The position numbers and the translations under genes are program-made. Shown here one piece after another: positions 27,391-37,864 of a stretch of 54,971 nucleotides of DNA. How positions within the stretch are numbered: the stretch's first letter is position 1; each line of letters begins with the position of its first letter. The notes under the pieces are model-generated. The model did no database searches, was not told the origin of the DNA, and worked only from the letters and a program-made list of their open reading frames with translations. Origin of the DNA: a bacterium. GTDB lineage: Bacteria; Zhuqueibacterota; QNDG01; JABMRT01. Location of the stretch: NCBI GenBank assembly GCA_011046415.1, contig DSAP01000029.1, forward strand, positions 1 to 54,971, read 5' to 3'.

Positions 27391-27768
27391 ATGACCAGAC
27401 TCTTGCTCATCGGTACCGGCGGTTTTCTCGGCACACTCTCGCGTTACGCCCTGGGCGGCCTGGTCTACCGTCTGCTCTCCGATCCCTGGCTGCCCTGGGG
27501 TACGCTGGCCTGCAACCTGCTCGGATGCCTGGCCATCGGCTTCCTCGGCGGCCTGGGCGAATTCCGCCAATTCTGGAATCCGCAATTCCGCCTGCTGATC
27601 CTGATCGGCTTCCTGGGCGGCTTCACCACGTTCTCGACCTTCGGATACGAGACATTCGGCCTGATCCGCACGGGACAATTCTTCGCGGCCCTGTGCAACG
27701 TCGGGGTTTCCTGTATCCTCGGACTCACGCTGGTCTGGGTTGGATGGAACCTGTCCCGGATCGTATAA
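27391..27768 (+). CDS. crcB: Fluoride channel CrcB/FluC
   Basis: 125 aa, four TM segments, with GGFLGTLSRY and GFLGGFTTFSTF signature motifs. Confidence 0.92.
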   Translation: MTRLLLIGTGGFLGTLSRYALGGLVYRLLSDPWLPWGTLACNLLGCLAIGFLGGLGEFRQFWNPQFRLLILIGFLGGFTTFSTFGYETFGLIRTGQFFAALCNVGVSCILGLTLVWVGWNLSRIV

Positions 27769-27778
27769 GGGAGGCGTC

Positions 27779-28144
27779 ATGATTCTTCCCAAGAAAGGAC
27801 AACTGCTCCGGATTTACATCGGTGAAAGCGACCGCTACGAAGGGAAACCCCTGTATGAATGGATCGTCCGCAAGGCCCGGGAGACCGGACTGGCCGGCGC
27901 GACCGTCCTGCGGGGCATGGAAGGATTCGGCGCATGCAGCCGGATCCATCACGCACAGATCCTCAGGCTCTCGGAGGATCTCCCCATCCTCGTCGAGATC
28001 GTGGATACCCGGAGGAAGATCGAGGCTTTCCTTCCCGTGATAGACGGCGCCGTCGAAGAAGGCCTGGCCACGGTCGAGAGTGTGGATATCCGTTTCTACA
28101 GGAGCGGGAAGACCTCCGATGCGGATCCTCAAACCAAGGGATAA
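27779..28144 (+). CDS. DUF190 (PII-like) protein commonly linked to crcB
   Basis: LRIYIGESDRYEGKPLYEWIVRKARETGLAGATVLRGMEGFG is the DUF190 signature. AAGGGAGG lies upstream of ATG 27779. Confidence 0.85.
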   Translation: MILPKKGQLLRIYIGESDRYEGKPLYEWIVRKARETGLAGATVLRGMEGFGACSRIHHAQILRLSEDLPILVEIVDTRRKIEAFLPVIDGAVEEGLATVESVDIRFYRSGKTSDADPQTKG

Positions 28145-28147
28145 TCG

Positions 28148-29194
28148 ATGGACAGACGCGATTTTCTCAAAAGCGGGATGGCCGCGGGGACGGCGGGAGT
28201 GGCCCTGAGCGGATGCGGCGGAAACCGTCCGGAGAAGGACGAACTCACGGACCGGGTGATCCGGGCCATGCTGGCCATGCAGCGCGCATCCTGGGAGCAG
28301 GGCGTGACCGCCCAGGCCCTGCTCGAATGGGGCGACCCGGACACCGTGATCCTCATGGCCCATGCCGCCGTCGTCCGCCAGACCGAAGAAGGCCGTCTCG
28401 GCGTGATCTACGGCATGCAGGGATCGAATGACCCGGCGTCCAACGGGGAACCCGTACTCGCGGCCGGCGGGATTACGGGCGACACGCTGTACTGGGACGC
28501 GTCTGACCGGATGTTGGATTACCTGATGAACCGGGCCCCGAGAACGCGGGAAGGCGTGCTTTGCCATTTCATGAACAGCCGGCAGGTCTGGGTCGATTCG
28601 CTGTACATGGCCCCGCCTTTCCTGGCCGCGGCCGGCCGTTATGACGAAGCCGTCCGGCAGGTGGACGGCATGCGCAGCATCCTGTGGGACGGGGAAAAAC
28701 GGCTCTTCTTGCATCAGTGGGACGACGAGAAACAGACTTTCCCGCGGCGGGTGGCCTGGGGCGTGGGCAACGGATGGGCCGCGGCCGGGATCACGCGCGT
28801 GATCCGGCACCTCCCCCCGGAGATGGAGACGGAACTTTTGCGTCTGACCGGATATGTCCGGGACGTCGTGGACGGCTGTCTCGTCCACCTGAGGGAGGAC
28901 GGCCTGTTCCATGACATCGTGGATGATTCAGAATCTTTTGTGGAAACCAACCTGCCCCAGATGCTCGCCTATACCCTGTACCGCGGAATCGCCATGGGAT
29001 GGCTCGACGGCGCGTATCTCGGGACGGCGGACCGGATGCGCCGCGCGGCCCGGGACAAGGTGGACGGATACGGACTCGTCCGGGACGTCTGCGGATCCCC
29101 CTATTTCGACCGGCCCGGAACCGCGGCCGAGGGTCAGGCGTTTTTCATCCTCATGGAGGCGGCCCGGCGCGATCTGCTGGCTCTTGAACCCTGA
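28148..29194 (+). CDS. GH105/GH88-type unsaturated glycuronyl (rhamnogalacturonyl) hydrolase, Tat-exported
   Basis: Twin-arginine signal MDRRDFLKSGMAAGTAG..SGC. WVDSLYMAPPFLAAAG and WGVGNGWAAAG motifs are typical of the YteR/GH105 fold. Confidence 0.8.
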   Translation: MDRRDFLKSGMAAGTAGVALSGCGGNRPEKDELTDRVIRAMLAMQRASWEQGVTAQALLEWGDPDTVILMAHAAVVRQTEEGRLGVIYGMQGSNDPASNGEPVLAAGGITGDTLYWDASDRMLDYLMNRAPRTREGVLCHFMNSRQVWVDSLYMAPPFLAAAGRYDEAVRQVDGMRSILWDGEKRLFLHQWDDEKQTFPRRVAWGVGNGWAAAGITRVIRHLPPEMETELLRLTGYVRDVVDGCLVHLREDGLFHDIVDDSESFVETNLPQMLAYTLYRGIAMGWLDGAYLGTADRMRRAARDKVDGYGLVRDVCGSPYFDRPGTAAEGQAFFILMEAARRDLLALEP

Positions 29195-29246
29195 CATGTC
29201 CCCTTTTCATCGGGGAATCACCGGCCCTGCCGGGGAAGGAGATGAC

Positions 29247-30227
29247 ATGAAAGTGCTCTTTATCGGCGGTACCGGCGTCATCAGTTCCGCCTGTTCCGAA
29301 CTGGCCCTCCGGCGGGGCATCGCCCTCACCCTGCTCAACCGCGGAACCGGCATCCGTCCCGTGCCGGAGGGCGCTGAAATCCTCCGGGCCGACATCGGCG
29401 ACGCGAAACAAGTACGGGACGCTTTGGCGGACCGGACCTTCGACGCCGTCGTGGACTGGATCGTCTTCACACCCGATCAGGCCGAACGCGACCTGTCCCT
29501 GTTCCGCGGCAGGACGGGACAGTATCTCTTCATCGGTTCCGCATCCGCGTATCAGACCCCGCCGGCCCTCCTCCCCGTGACCGAGTCCACGCCGCTGGAC
29601 AATCCGTTCTGGGCCTATTCGCGCGACAAGATCGCCTGTGAAGACCGGCTCATCCGGGCGTACCGTGAAGAGAAATTCCCGGTCACGATCGTGCGTCCCT
29701 CGCACACCTACGACCGGACCCTGCTGCCCTTCACGGGACGCTACACCGTGGTCGACCGGATGCGTCGCGGCAAACCCGTCATCGTGCACGGCGACGGCAC
29801 GAGCCTGTGGACGCTGACCCATCACCGGGACTTCGCCGTGGGCCTGGTGGGGCTGCTCGGAAACCCGCATGCGATCGGCGAGGCCTTCCACATCACGTCG
29901 GACGAGATCCTGACTTGGAACCAAATTTACCGGACCGTCGCACAGGCGGCCGGCGTGGCCGAACCGCGGCTGGCGCACATCGACTCCGGGACCCTCGCGT
30001 CCCATAATCCGGACTGGGGCGCCAATCTGCTTGGGGACAAGTCGCACAGCATGATCTTCGACAACACCAAGATCCGGCGTGCGGTGCCGGATTTCCATCC
30101 GGTCATCCCGTTTCACCAGGGCGCGGAGGAGATCATGGCGTGGCACGACGCCGATCCGGTGCGCCGGGTCGTCGATCCGGAACTGGATGCCCTGTACGAA
30201 CGCATCCTGTCCGGACATGGCCGATGA
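29247..30227 (+). CDS. NAD-dependent epimerase/dehydratase (extended SDR)
   Basis: MKVLFIGGTGVISSAC Rossmann motif, SSASAY, and a YxxxK-type segment YSRDKIACE. Confidence 0.8.
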   Translation: MKVLFIGGTGVISSACSELALRRGIALTLLNRGTGIRPVPEGAEILRADIGDAKQVRDALADRTFDAVVDWIVFTPDQAERDLSLFRGRTGQYLFIGSASAYQTPPALLPVTESTPLDNPFWAYSRDKIACEDRLIRAYREEKFPVTIVRPSHTYDRTLLPFTGRYTVVDRMRRGKPVIVHGDGTSLWTLTHHRDFAVGLVGLLGNPHAIGEAFHITSDEILTWNQIYRTVAQAAGVAEPRLAHIDSGTLASHNPDWGANLLGDKSHSMIFDNTKIRRAVPDFHPVIPFHQGAEEIMAWHDADPVRRVVDPELDALYERILSGHGR

Positions 30228-30619
30228 CCGGTTCGGATAAAAAGCCGGCGCCTGCATGGAAACGCATCCTGCTGATCGCCGCAGGCATCGCCAGTGTCGC
30301 GATCGGGACGCTGGGCATCTTCATCCCGCTCTTACCCACGACCCCCTTCCTTCTCCTGGCCGCGGCTTGTTTCATCCGCAGTTCCGAACGGTTCTATCTC
30401 CGGCTGATCCGCCATCGTTATCTGGGAACCTATATCCGTAATTACCGGGAGAAAGGGGGCATCACGCGCCGGCATAAGATCACCACGTTGGCATTGCTTT
30501 GGATCACCATCCTGATCTCGGCCTTCGTGTTCATCCCCCTGGCCTGGCTGCGTCCGGTGCCTGTCCTGATCGCGATCGGGGTCACGCGGCATATCCTGCG
30601 CATCCCGACCGTGGAATGA
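30224..30619 (+). CDS. DUF454 (YbaN-like) inner membrane protein
   Basis: GIFIPLLPTTPFLLLAAACFIRSSERF is the YbaN family signature. An ATGA overlap links it to the upstream stop. Confidence 0.8.
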   Translation: MTGSDKKPAPAWKRILLIAAGIASVAIGTLGIFIPLLPTTPFLLLAAACFIRSSERFYLRLIRHRYLGTYIRNYREKGGITRRHKITTLALLWITILISAFVFIPLAWLRPVPVLIAIGVTRHILRIPTVE

Positions 30620-30884
30620 CGAAAAACTCCAATGTTTCCGGAAATCGTTTTCTCCCGTTGCATTTCTCTTCCGGGTTTGTTATTTTAATGGCGTTTTGGG
30701 AGATTTCGGATAAAATCACGAAACGGAATCACATACCCGCATCGAAAGTCGCCGTCTCGCGAATCCGGCCCGTCAAACCGGGACGGTACGGAATGAACCG
30801 CATGCCGGGAAGCTTCGGGGTTTCCCGCGCCGCCGCCGGGAAGGCGCCCGGGATCGGGGCGGGACGGACACGGAGAAAACACGC

Positions 30885-31919
30885 ATGAAACTCGGCATCA
30901 TCGGCCTCCCGCTATCCGGAAAGACGACCCTGTTCGAAGCCCTGACGCGGACGCCCCCGGATCCGGCGAAGAAAGCCGAGAACCGCATCGCGACCGTCGA
31001 AGTGCCGGACGAACGGATCGACGTCCTGAGCCGGATGTACAATCCCAGGAAAACCATCCATGCGCGGGTGGAATATTTCCTGCCCGGCACGTCGGGCGGG
31101 AAGGAGTCCCGGTCCGGCGGGGAGTCGCCGTGGAACGCCGTGCGCGCCTGCGACGCCCTGATCCATGGGGTGCGGAATTTCAGCCTGCCGGGCGCGGCCT
31201 ATCCGGACCCGGGCCGGGATTTCAGAAAACTGGACGAGGAACTCACCTTCTCGGACCTGGTCGTGGTGGAGAAACGCCTGGAGCGGCTCGAGGCGGAAAG
31301 AAAACGCGGCCGGGACACCGACAGGGAAGAACACGACCTGCTTGATCGCTGCAAAACCCTCCTGGAGTCGGACACCCCGCTCAGGCGGGACGGCGAACTG
31401 GCTGCGGCCCCCAAACTGCGCGGTTATACCTTCCTCTCGGCCAAACCCGTGCTGGTCCTCGTCAACAACGAGGACGATGACGAGAATCCGCCCGAACCCG
31501 GAAGTATTCCGGAAGGAAAAACCTGTGTCGCCATCCGGGGCCGGATCGAACACGAAATCTCCCGCATGTCCCCGGAGGATGCCGTGGATTTCCTGAAGGA
31601 ATACCATATCGCGGAACCCGCAACCTTCCGCGTGCTGCGGGAAAGCTTCCGGGTGATGGGCCTGATCTCGTTCTTTACGGTGGGAGAGGATGAGGTCAGG
31701 GCCTGGCCGATCCCGGCGGGTACCGCGGCGGTCGACGCCGCCGACGTCATCCATTCGGACATTCGGAAAGGATTCATCCGCGCCGAAGTCGTCTCCTATG
31801 CGGACCTCATGGAGGCCGGTTCCCATGCCGAAGCCCGGAAGAAGGGAACCGTCCGGCTCGAAGGGAAAACCTACCCCGTGAAAGACGGCGACATCATCAA
31901 TTTCAGATTCAACGTATAA
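30885..31919 (+). CDS. ychF: YchF/OLA1-like P-loop GTPase/ATPase
   Basis: G1 motif GIIGLPLSGKTTLFEALT and a C-terminal TGS-like end VRLEGKTYPVKDGDIINFRFNV. Confidence 0.8.
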   Translation: MKLGIIGLPLSGKTTLFEALTRTPPDPAKKAENRIATVEVPDERIDVLSRMYNPRKTIHARVEYFLPGTSGGKESRSGGESPWNAVRACDALIHGVRNFSLPGAAYPDPGRDFRKLDEELTFSDLVVVEKRLERLEAERKRGRDTDREEHDLLDRCKTLLESDTPLRRDGELAAAPKLRGYTFLSAKPVLVLVNNEDDDENPPEPGSIPEGKTCVAIRGRIEHEISRMSPEDAVDFLKEYHIAEPATFRVLRESFRVMGLISFFTVGEDEVRAWPIPAGTAAVDAADVIHSDIRKGFIRAEVVSYADLMEAGSHAEARKKGTVRLEGKTYPVKDGDIINFRFNV

Positions 31920-31940
31920 AGGACATCCCGGGTATCGGGA

Positions 31941-33116
31941 TCATTCATGTGCCGGATAATGCGGCGTCTTCACCAGAAAGGCCAGCCAAAACGCCGCGAA
32001 CAGGGTAAATAATCCCGCAGTCAGATAAAGCCACGAATATCCCCACCGATGGCTGATCTGCCCCCCGAAGAACGCACCCGTGATCGCCGCGCTGTTCAGG
32101 ATAAAGGTGCTGTAAAAGGCCTGGGCCGAAAATCGGATTTCCCGGGGACTCTCCATGTCCATGAATGTCGCCGCACCGATGTATCCAAACGTGAGCGTGA
32201 ATGCGTGGAGAAGCTGCAGGGGCAGAATCTGCCACCAGACACGCATGAAACCGAAAGGCAGCCAGCGTACGACCGTGAAGAGCATACCCAGCAGCAGGAC
32301 GGTCTTGATGCTGATCTTCCGGACGATGCGGGGAAAGGCCATCATGGTCACCACCTCCGCCGCCGTGGCGACGGCCCAGATCCACCCCACCTGGACGTGG
32401 TTGGCACCGAGCGACATGCCGTATACACTCAGAAACGTGTACCCCATGTGATTGGCAAATTCGAACAGGAAGACCGCGATCAAGAAGAAAATAACATTGC
32501 GCTTCGCGAGCAGAACGCGTACGGCCAGGAAACCCTTCCGCCAGGTCGCCTTCTCATCCGGAGGGATGCGCCACAGGAAGAAAGCGGCACCGAAAACGCC
32601 GAATGAATAAACGAAAAACAGCCAGTGGACTCCGAAACGGTCGAACAGCCTGCCGATCACCAGCATCGAGACGATCCATCCCAGGCTGGCGAAGATCCGG
32701 AATTGGGCGAAACGGATCCGTTTGTGAACCCCCAGATACTGAAATACGATCGCATCGTTCAGCGTGTTCAGGGGGGCGTTGAAAAAGGACCAGATCAGGA
32801 GCAGTCCGATCAGGAAGGCCAGTCCCCTGGCCGCCATCAGGATGGGAAAAAGACATCCGGCCGTGACGGCCAAGACGAATGCCAGACGCCCCCTGTGACC
32901 CCCGGTGTCGGCCAGGATGCTCCAGAATGGCTGGGCGATCAGGGCCACAGCCGGCCGTATCATCATCATGAGTCCCAGCCGGCCGTCATGGAATCCCAGA
33001 TCATCCTTGAAGTAGACGATCAGGAACGGGGCCATGCTTCCGAGCGCAAAGGTATAAAAGAAATAATTTCCGCGGAGGGCCGCCCTGACCGGTATCGATG
33101 CCATTAAACGTTTCAT
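31941..33116 (-). CDS. MFS transporter
   Basis: 391 aa with about 12 hydrophobic segments and an MFS-type loop motif between TM2 and TM3. Confidence 0.8.
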   Translation of the reverse strand: MKRLMASIPVRAALRGNYFFYTFALGSMAPFLIVYFKDDLGFHDGRLGLMMMIRPAVALIAQPFWSILADTGGHRGRLAFVLAVTAGCLFPILMAARGLAFLIGLLLIWSFFNAPLNTLNDAIVFQYLGVHKRIRFAQFRIFASLGWIVSMLVIGRLFDRFGVHWLFFVYSFGVFGAAFFLWRIPPDEKATWRKGFLAVRVLLAKRNVIFFLIAVFLFEFANHMGYTFLSVYGMSLGANHVQVGWIWAVATAAEVVTMMAFPRIVRKISIKTVLLLGMLFTVVRWLPFGFMRVWWQILPLQLLHAFTLTFGYIGAATFMDMESPREIRFSAQAFYSTFILNSAAITGAFFGGQISHRWGYSWLYLTAGLFTLFAAFWLAFLVKTPHYPAHE

Positions 33117-33263
33117 GAATCGCCGACGGAATTAATCGAAGAATACAGGGGGATTCGGAAAGAATGGTTGGGAATCCTGCAACCTGTCATTCAGGTTGAA
33201 TCCGGAACTCCCCTCTTTCCTCACCCTCTTGGCCGGGTGTTCGCTGAAAACGGTCATCCTTAT

Positions 33264-34418
33264 TCACGCCCCCAGCCGCAGGATCGCCTCGATCTCCTCC
33301 CGCCCGATGTCCTGTCTTTCTCCGATCTTTCCCTCGCGGCCGGACAACCGCTCCGCCGCAATCAGACAATCCGCGACGGGAATGTCATAGGCGCTCAGTT
33401 TCGTGGGATTTCCCGCGGATTCGAAAAACCGGATGGTTTTCTCGATGGCCGCGTCGATCACTTTCTCCGGATCGGCATCCTGAATGCCCCACACCCGGCG
33501 GCCGTACTGGATGAGCTTGTCCCGTTTCTGGACACGCTGATGCCGCATCACCGCCGGAAGGACGATGGCCAGTGTCCGGGCGTGGTCGAGACCGAAGAGC
33601 ACGGTCAGTTCATGGCCGATCATGTGGGTCGTCCAGTCCTGCACCACGCCGCAGCCGATCAGCGTGTTGAGCGCCTGGGTCGCGCACCACATGATATTGG
33701 CACGCGCGTCATAATCCTTTGGATCGGCCTTGACTTGGGGCGCCACTTCGATCAGCGTCTGGAGGATAGCCTCGGCCTGCCGGTCCTGAAGCGGCGTGTT
33801 CACGTCGTACGTCAGATACTGCTCCATGACGTGGACGAAGGCGTCCACGATGCCGTTGGACGTCTGGCGCGCATCGAGCGTGACCGTCGTTTCGGGATCG
33901 ATGATGGAGAACCGGGGCATCACCTCCGGAGAGGAAAAAGCGAGTTTCTGATTCCGCTCCCGGCGTGAGATCACGGCGTTCCCGTTGGATTCGGATCCGG
34001 TCGCCGGCAGCGTCAGGATGCATCCCAGCGGCACGGCGGATTGAACCGGCGCGCCTTTGGACAAAATGTCCCAGGGATCCTCCCCATCGAAACACAGAGA
34101 CGCGGCGATGAACTTGGTGGCGTCGAGCACCGATCCCCCGCCGACGGAGAGGAAAAAACCGACCTTCTCTTCCTTCGCCTTTCGGATCGCCTCCATGCAG
34201 GTCTCGTATTCGGGATTGGGTTGGAAACCCCAAAACTCGACGATATCATATCCTTCAAGCGCCCGCATCACCTGATCATAAACGCCGTTTTTTTGGATGG
34301 AGCCGCCGCCGGCGGTCATCATGATCTTCTGATTTTTAAGGATCAGTTCAGGAAGTCTGGCGATCTGGCCTTTTCCGAAGACAATTTTCGTGGGATTATA
34401 GAAAATAAAATTTTTCAT
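33264..34418 (-). CDS. Iron-containing (group III) alcohol dehydrogenase, YqhD/BdhA-like
   Basis: MKNFIFYNPTKIVFGKG, SVGGGSVLDATKF and the H..xH metal site (HMIGHELT). The start at 34418 was chosen over the track start. Confidence 0.88.
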   Translation of the reverse strand: MKNFIFYNPTKIVFGKGQIARLPELILKNQKIMMTAGGGSIQKNGVYDQVMRALEGYDIVEFWGFQPNPEYETCMEAIRKAKEEKVGFFLSVGGGSVLDATKFIAASLCFDGEDPWDILSKGAPVQSAVPLGCILTLPATGSESNGNAVISRRERNQKLAFSSPEVMPRFSIIDPETTVTLDARQTSNGIVDAFVHVMEQYLTYDVNTPLQDRQAEAILQTLIEVAPQVKADPKDYDARANIMWCATQALNTLIGCGVVQDWTTHMIGHELTVLFGLDHARTLAIVLPAVMRHQRVQKRDKLIQYGRRVWGIQDADPEKVIDAAIEKTIRFFESAGNPTKLSAYDIPVADCLIAAERLSGREGKIGERQDIGREEIEAILRLGA

Positions 34419-34580
34419 ACGACACACCCCGATCCGATTATAAACCATTTTTTAAGTGACGGAGACAAATTTAACAAAACGATCGATCAAAAGAATCTCG
34501 AAACTTGACGCCATATCGTTTTTACGAAACAGGGGGCGGCATTTCCGCCTCTCGCCTGTCCTGAGCCTGTCGATGGCCCC

Positions 34581-34622
34581 CTTGCCTGCTGTTTACCGCC
34601 TGCCGCGAACTGCCGACTGCTT
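34581..34622 (-). repeat. Degenerate heptamer array directly after the pdxT stop (minus strand: AAGCAGT CGGCAGT TCGCGGC AGGCGGT AAACAGC AGGCAAG)
   Basis: Six 7-nt units read on the minus strand, starting 6 nt after the TAG stop. They share a 15-mer with the array at 38494-38508. Confidence 0.6.
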
Positions 34623-34628
34623 CCCGCT

Positions 34629-35207
34629 CTATCCGATCAGCTGTCGGACGAAATAGTCATGGATGCGTGAATCGCGCGTCAGCTCGGGATGAAAGGCCGC
34701 GGCCAGGACATTCGCGTTCCGGGCGAGGACGACCTCGTCCCGGTGAAATCCGAGCGGCTCGGTCGACCCGCCCAGACGGACGATCTTCGGCGCACGGATG
34801 AAGACCGCCTCGAATGCGGGATTTTCGGGAAACAGGGGAATCCGGATCCGTTCGGAGAAGGAATCGACCTGACGGCCGTACGCATTGCGCCGGACCGCGA
34901 GATCGATCAGTCCCAGGGGTCGGAACCGGCAGCCGCCCTCGATCTCCGTCGCGAGCACGATGAGACCCGCGCAGGTCCCGAACAGGAAATGGTTGCGCGC
35001 AAATTCGGGAACGGCCTCGGCGAGTCCGGTCCGCTCCATCAGATTCATGAAGGTCGTGGATTCGCCGCCCGGCAGGATGAGGGCGTCGCAGGTTTTCAGG
35101 TCTTCGGGACGGCGTACGAGCCGGGACGGGCAATGGATGCGTCTGAGCGCCGCGAGATGGCGCGCGAAGTCACCCTGCAGTCCGAGTACGCCGACGGTCC
35201 GGGCCAT
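34629..35207 (-). CDS. pdxT: Pyridoxal 5'-phosphate synthase glutaminase subunit
   Basis: VGVLGLQGDF, LILPGGESTT, GTCAG (catalytic Cys) and the AAFHPE triad region. Confidence 0.92.
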   Translation of the reverse strand: MARTVGVLGLQGDFARHLAALRRIHCPSRLVRRPEDLKTCDALILPGGESTTFMNLMERTGLAEAVPEFARNHFLFGTCAGLIVLATEIEGGCRFRPLGLIDLAVRRNAYGRQVDSFSERIRIPLFPENPAFEAVFIRAPKIVRLGGSTEPLGFHRDEVVLARNANVLAAAFHPELTRDSRIHDYFVRQLIG

Positions 35208-36101
35208 CTACCACCCGCGGCCCTGGATGAGCTGTCCTTCCGGGATCTGGGAGATTTCCAGCCCGGGCATGGCCTCGCGCAGTTTCTCGGAGGCCTTCGC
35301 CACGATGTCGGGATTGTCGTAATGGGTCACGGCCGTCACAATGGCCCCGGCGCGTTCGGCCGGGTCTTCGGACTTGAAGATTCCGGAACCCACGAACACC
35401 GATTCGGCCCCGAGCTGCATCATCAGCGAGGCGTCCGCGGGCGTGGCGATACCGCCGGCCGCGAAATTCGGCACGGGCAGCTTCCCCTTCTTCCGGATGA
35501 AGACCAGCAGGTCCACGGGAACGCCCATCTCCTTGGCCGTGATGATCAGCTCCTCTTCCGCGAGCGTGCGGACGCGCTTCATCTCGGAGATCACCGTGCG
35601 CATGTGGCGGACCGCCTCGATGATGTTCCCGGTGCCGGCCTCGCCCTTGGTGCGGATCATGGCCGCGCCTTCGGCGATCCGGCGCAGGGCCTCGCCCAGT
35701 TCGCGGCAGCCGCACACGAAGGGCGCCTTGAATTTCCATTTGTCCACATGATAGCGTTCATCCGCGGGTGTCAGCACCTCGCTCTCGTCTATGAAATCGA
35801 CGCCGAGCGCCTCGAGCACCTGGGCCTCGGCGAAATGACCGATCCGGCACTTGGCCATCACGGGAATCGATACCGTATCCATGATCTCGCGGATGACTTT
35901 GGGATTCGACATCCGCGCCACGCCGCCGTGCGCCCGGATGTCCGCCGGGATACGCTCGAGCGCCATGACCGCGACCGCACCGGCGTCCTCGGCGATCTTG
36001 GCTTGTTCGGCGTTGGTGACATCCATGATCACGCCGCCCTTGAGCATCTCGGCCAATCCGACTTTGATTTGAAACTGCTTATCCCCCTTGAAGATTTCCA
36101 T
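35208..36101 (-). CDS. pdxS: Pyridoxal 5'-phosphate synthase lyase subunit
   Basis: [42 protein letters not shown]...GGIATPADA, near-invariant PdxS sequence. The start at ATG 36101 is preceded by GGAGGTG. Confidence 0.95.
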   Translation of the reverse strand: MEIFKGDKQFQIKVGLAEMLKGGVIMDVTNAEQAKIAEDAGAVAVMALERIPADIRAHGGVARMSNPKVIREIMDTVSIPVMAKCRIGHFAEAQVLEALGVDFIDESEVLTPADERYHVDKWKFKAPFVCGCRELGEALRRIAEGAAMIRTKGEAGTGNIIEAVRHMRTVISEMKRVRTLAEEELIITAKEMGVPVDLLVFIRKKGKLPVPNFAAGGIATPADASLMMQLGAESVFVGSGIFKSEDPAERAGAIVTAVTHYDNPDIVAKASEKLREAMPGLEISQIPEGQLIQGRGW

Positions 36102-36232
36102 CTTGAAAACACCTCCGAAACGGCCTGTTTTTAGAAAGTTCAATGTACTAAAAATGCGCATGGATTTCAAATTGATTTTGTCGAAATAATGTTTAGATTG
36201 ATGAGGACACCCAACAACACTCAGGAGTTCAT

Positions 36233-37864
36233 ATGAAACTGCAGCTCGACCCCCCGACTCTACGCACCCTCATCCAGAGCAGCGTCAATCTGTATGCCGG
36301 CCTGCCCGCGCTCGCGCTCGTGGACGAGCAGCCCGTCACCTACGCCGGGCTCGCGGCCGGAATCAACGTCCTGGCCGCGGATCTGCGTGAAAAAGGCATC
36401 CGGCCCGGCGACCGCATCGCCATACTCGGAGACAACTGCCCGGACTGGGTCGTCACCTACCTCACCGTCACCTCGCTCGGCGCGGTGGCCGTGCCGATCC
36501 TGCCCGGCTTCCCCGACGCGGATGTGCGCCACATCCTGCGCGACTCCGGCGCACGGATGATCTTCGTCGGCGAAAAACAACGCGACGCCGTGGCCGAACT
36601 GGAGGACATCGTGATCCGCCCCCTCAAACCCGGGAAACCGGTGACCGTAGCGAGCGTCCCGGCGGACAAATTGCTGGAGGGATTCGACGCACCCGCGCCG
36701 GACGACCTGGCCGTGATCATCTACACCTCCGGGACGACCGGCCACTCGAAAGGCGTGATGCTGACACACCGCAACATCATCATGGACGTCATGCTCTCCA
36801 TCGAACAGTTCCCGATCGACCGGAACGATCGGTTTTTGTCGATCCTCCCGCTCTCCCACACCTTCGAGGCCACGGGCGGCATGCTCTGCCCGCTGGCCGT
36901 CGGCGTCTTTATCACCTACATCGAGGGATTGCCCACGCCCCAGAAACTCCTCGCGTCGATGAAATCCGTCCGTCCGACGGGAGTCCTCACCGTGCCGCTC
37001 GTGATGGACAAGATTTACAGGAAACGCGTGCTCCCCGAAATCCGGAAGAAAAAAGTCCTGTCCCTGATGTACCGGGTCCCGGCCGGCCGCCGGCTCATCA
37101 ACCGCAAGGCAGGTGCGAAACTGCACGAGACGTTCGGCGGCGCGCTCCGGTTCTTCATGTTCGGCGGCGCGGCCCTGAACGAGGATGTGGAGCAGTTCCT
37201 GAGGGACGCAGGCATCAGCTATGCGACCGGATACGGCATGACCGAGACATCGCCCATCATCACCATCAACCCCTTCGGGAAGGTCCGGCCGGGATCCTGC
37301 GGCCAGCCCATCCCGGGTATCGAAGTCGGAATCCACGAGCCGGATCCCGACACGGGCGTCGGTGAAATCATCGTGCGCGGTCCCATCGTCATGCAGGGTT
37401 ATTACAACAATCCGGAGGCCACGGACCAGGCCTTTCTCGGAGACGGATGGCTCCGCACGGGAGACCTCGGGCTTTTCGACGGAGACAACTATCTGTATAT
37501 CAAGGGCCGATCCAAGAACCTGATCCTCGGCCCGTCCGGGGAGAACATCTATCCGGAAATCATCGAGCAGGTCTTCATGCAGAACACCTTCATCCAGGAG
37601 ATCGTGGTCTATCAGGAAGACGGACGCGTGACGGCCAAGGTGTATCCCAATTTCGACCAGTTCGACGAACTGTTCGCCGGACAGGAGCTGACCGAGTCCG
37701 AGAAACAGCGGCGCATCACCGAATCTCTGGAAGACGCCCGGAAGGAACTCAACCAGAAGCTGCCGGCCTTCTCGCGCGTCCAGAAGATCATCGAGTATCC
37801 CGAACCGTTCGAGAAGACGCCCACGAATAAGGTAAAACGGTATCTGTATATCCCGAAACCATGA
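36233..37864 (+). CDS. AMP-dependent acyl-CoA synthetase (long-chain-fatty-acid--CoA ligase-like)
   Basis: AMP-binding motif [20 protein letters not shown], plus GYGMTET and TGDLG motifs. Confidence 0.88.
   Translation: MKLQLDPPTLRTLIQSSVNLYAGLPALALVDEQPVTYAGLAAGINVLAADLREKGIRPGDRIAILGDNCPDWVVTYLTVTSLGAVAVPILPGFPDADVRHILRDSGARMIFVGEKQRDAVAELEDIVIRPLKPGKPVTVASVPADKLLEGFDAPAPDDLAVIIYTSGTTGHSKGVMLTHRNIIMDVMLSIEQFPIDRNDRFLSILPLSHTFEATGGMLCPLAVGVFITYIEGLPTPQKLLASMKSVRPTGVLTVPLVMDKIYRKRVLPEIRKKKVLSLMYRVPAGRRLINRKAGAKLHETFGGALRFFMFGGAALNEDVEQFLRDAGISYATGYGMTETSPIITINPFGKVRPGSCGQPIPGIEVGIHEPDPDTGVGEIIVRGPIVMQGYYNNPEATDQAFLGDGWLRTGDLGLFDGDNYLYIKGRSKNLILGPSGENIYPEIIEQVFMQNTFIQEIVVYQEDGRVTAKVYPNFDQFDELFAGQELTESEKQRRITESLEDARKELNQKLPAFSRVQKIIEYPEPFEKTPTNKVKRYLYIPKP

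Noticed and set aside
31925-31941. ATCCCG-ggtat-CGGGAT hairpin between the convergent ychF and MFS genes as a bidirectional terminator.
   Set aside because: The stem is only 6 bp with no flanking T/A runs, which is too weak to call.
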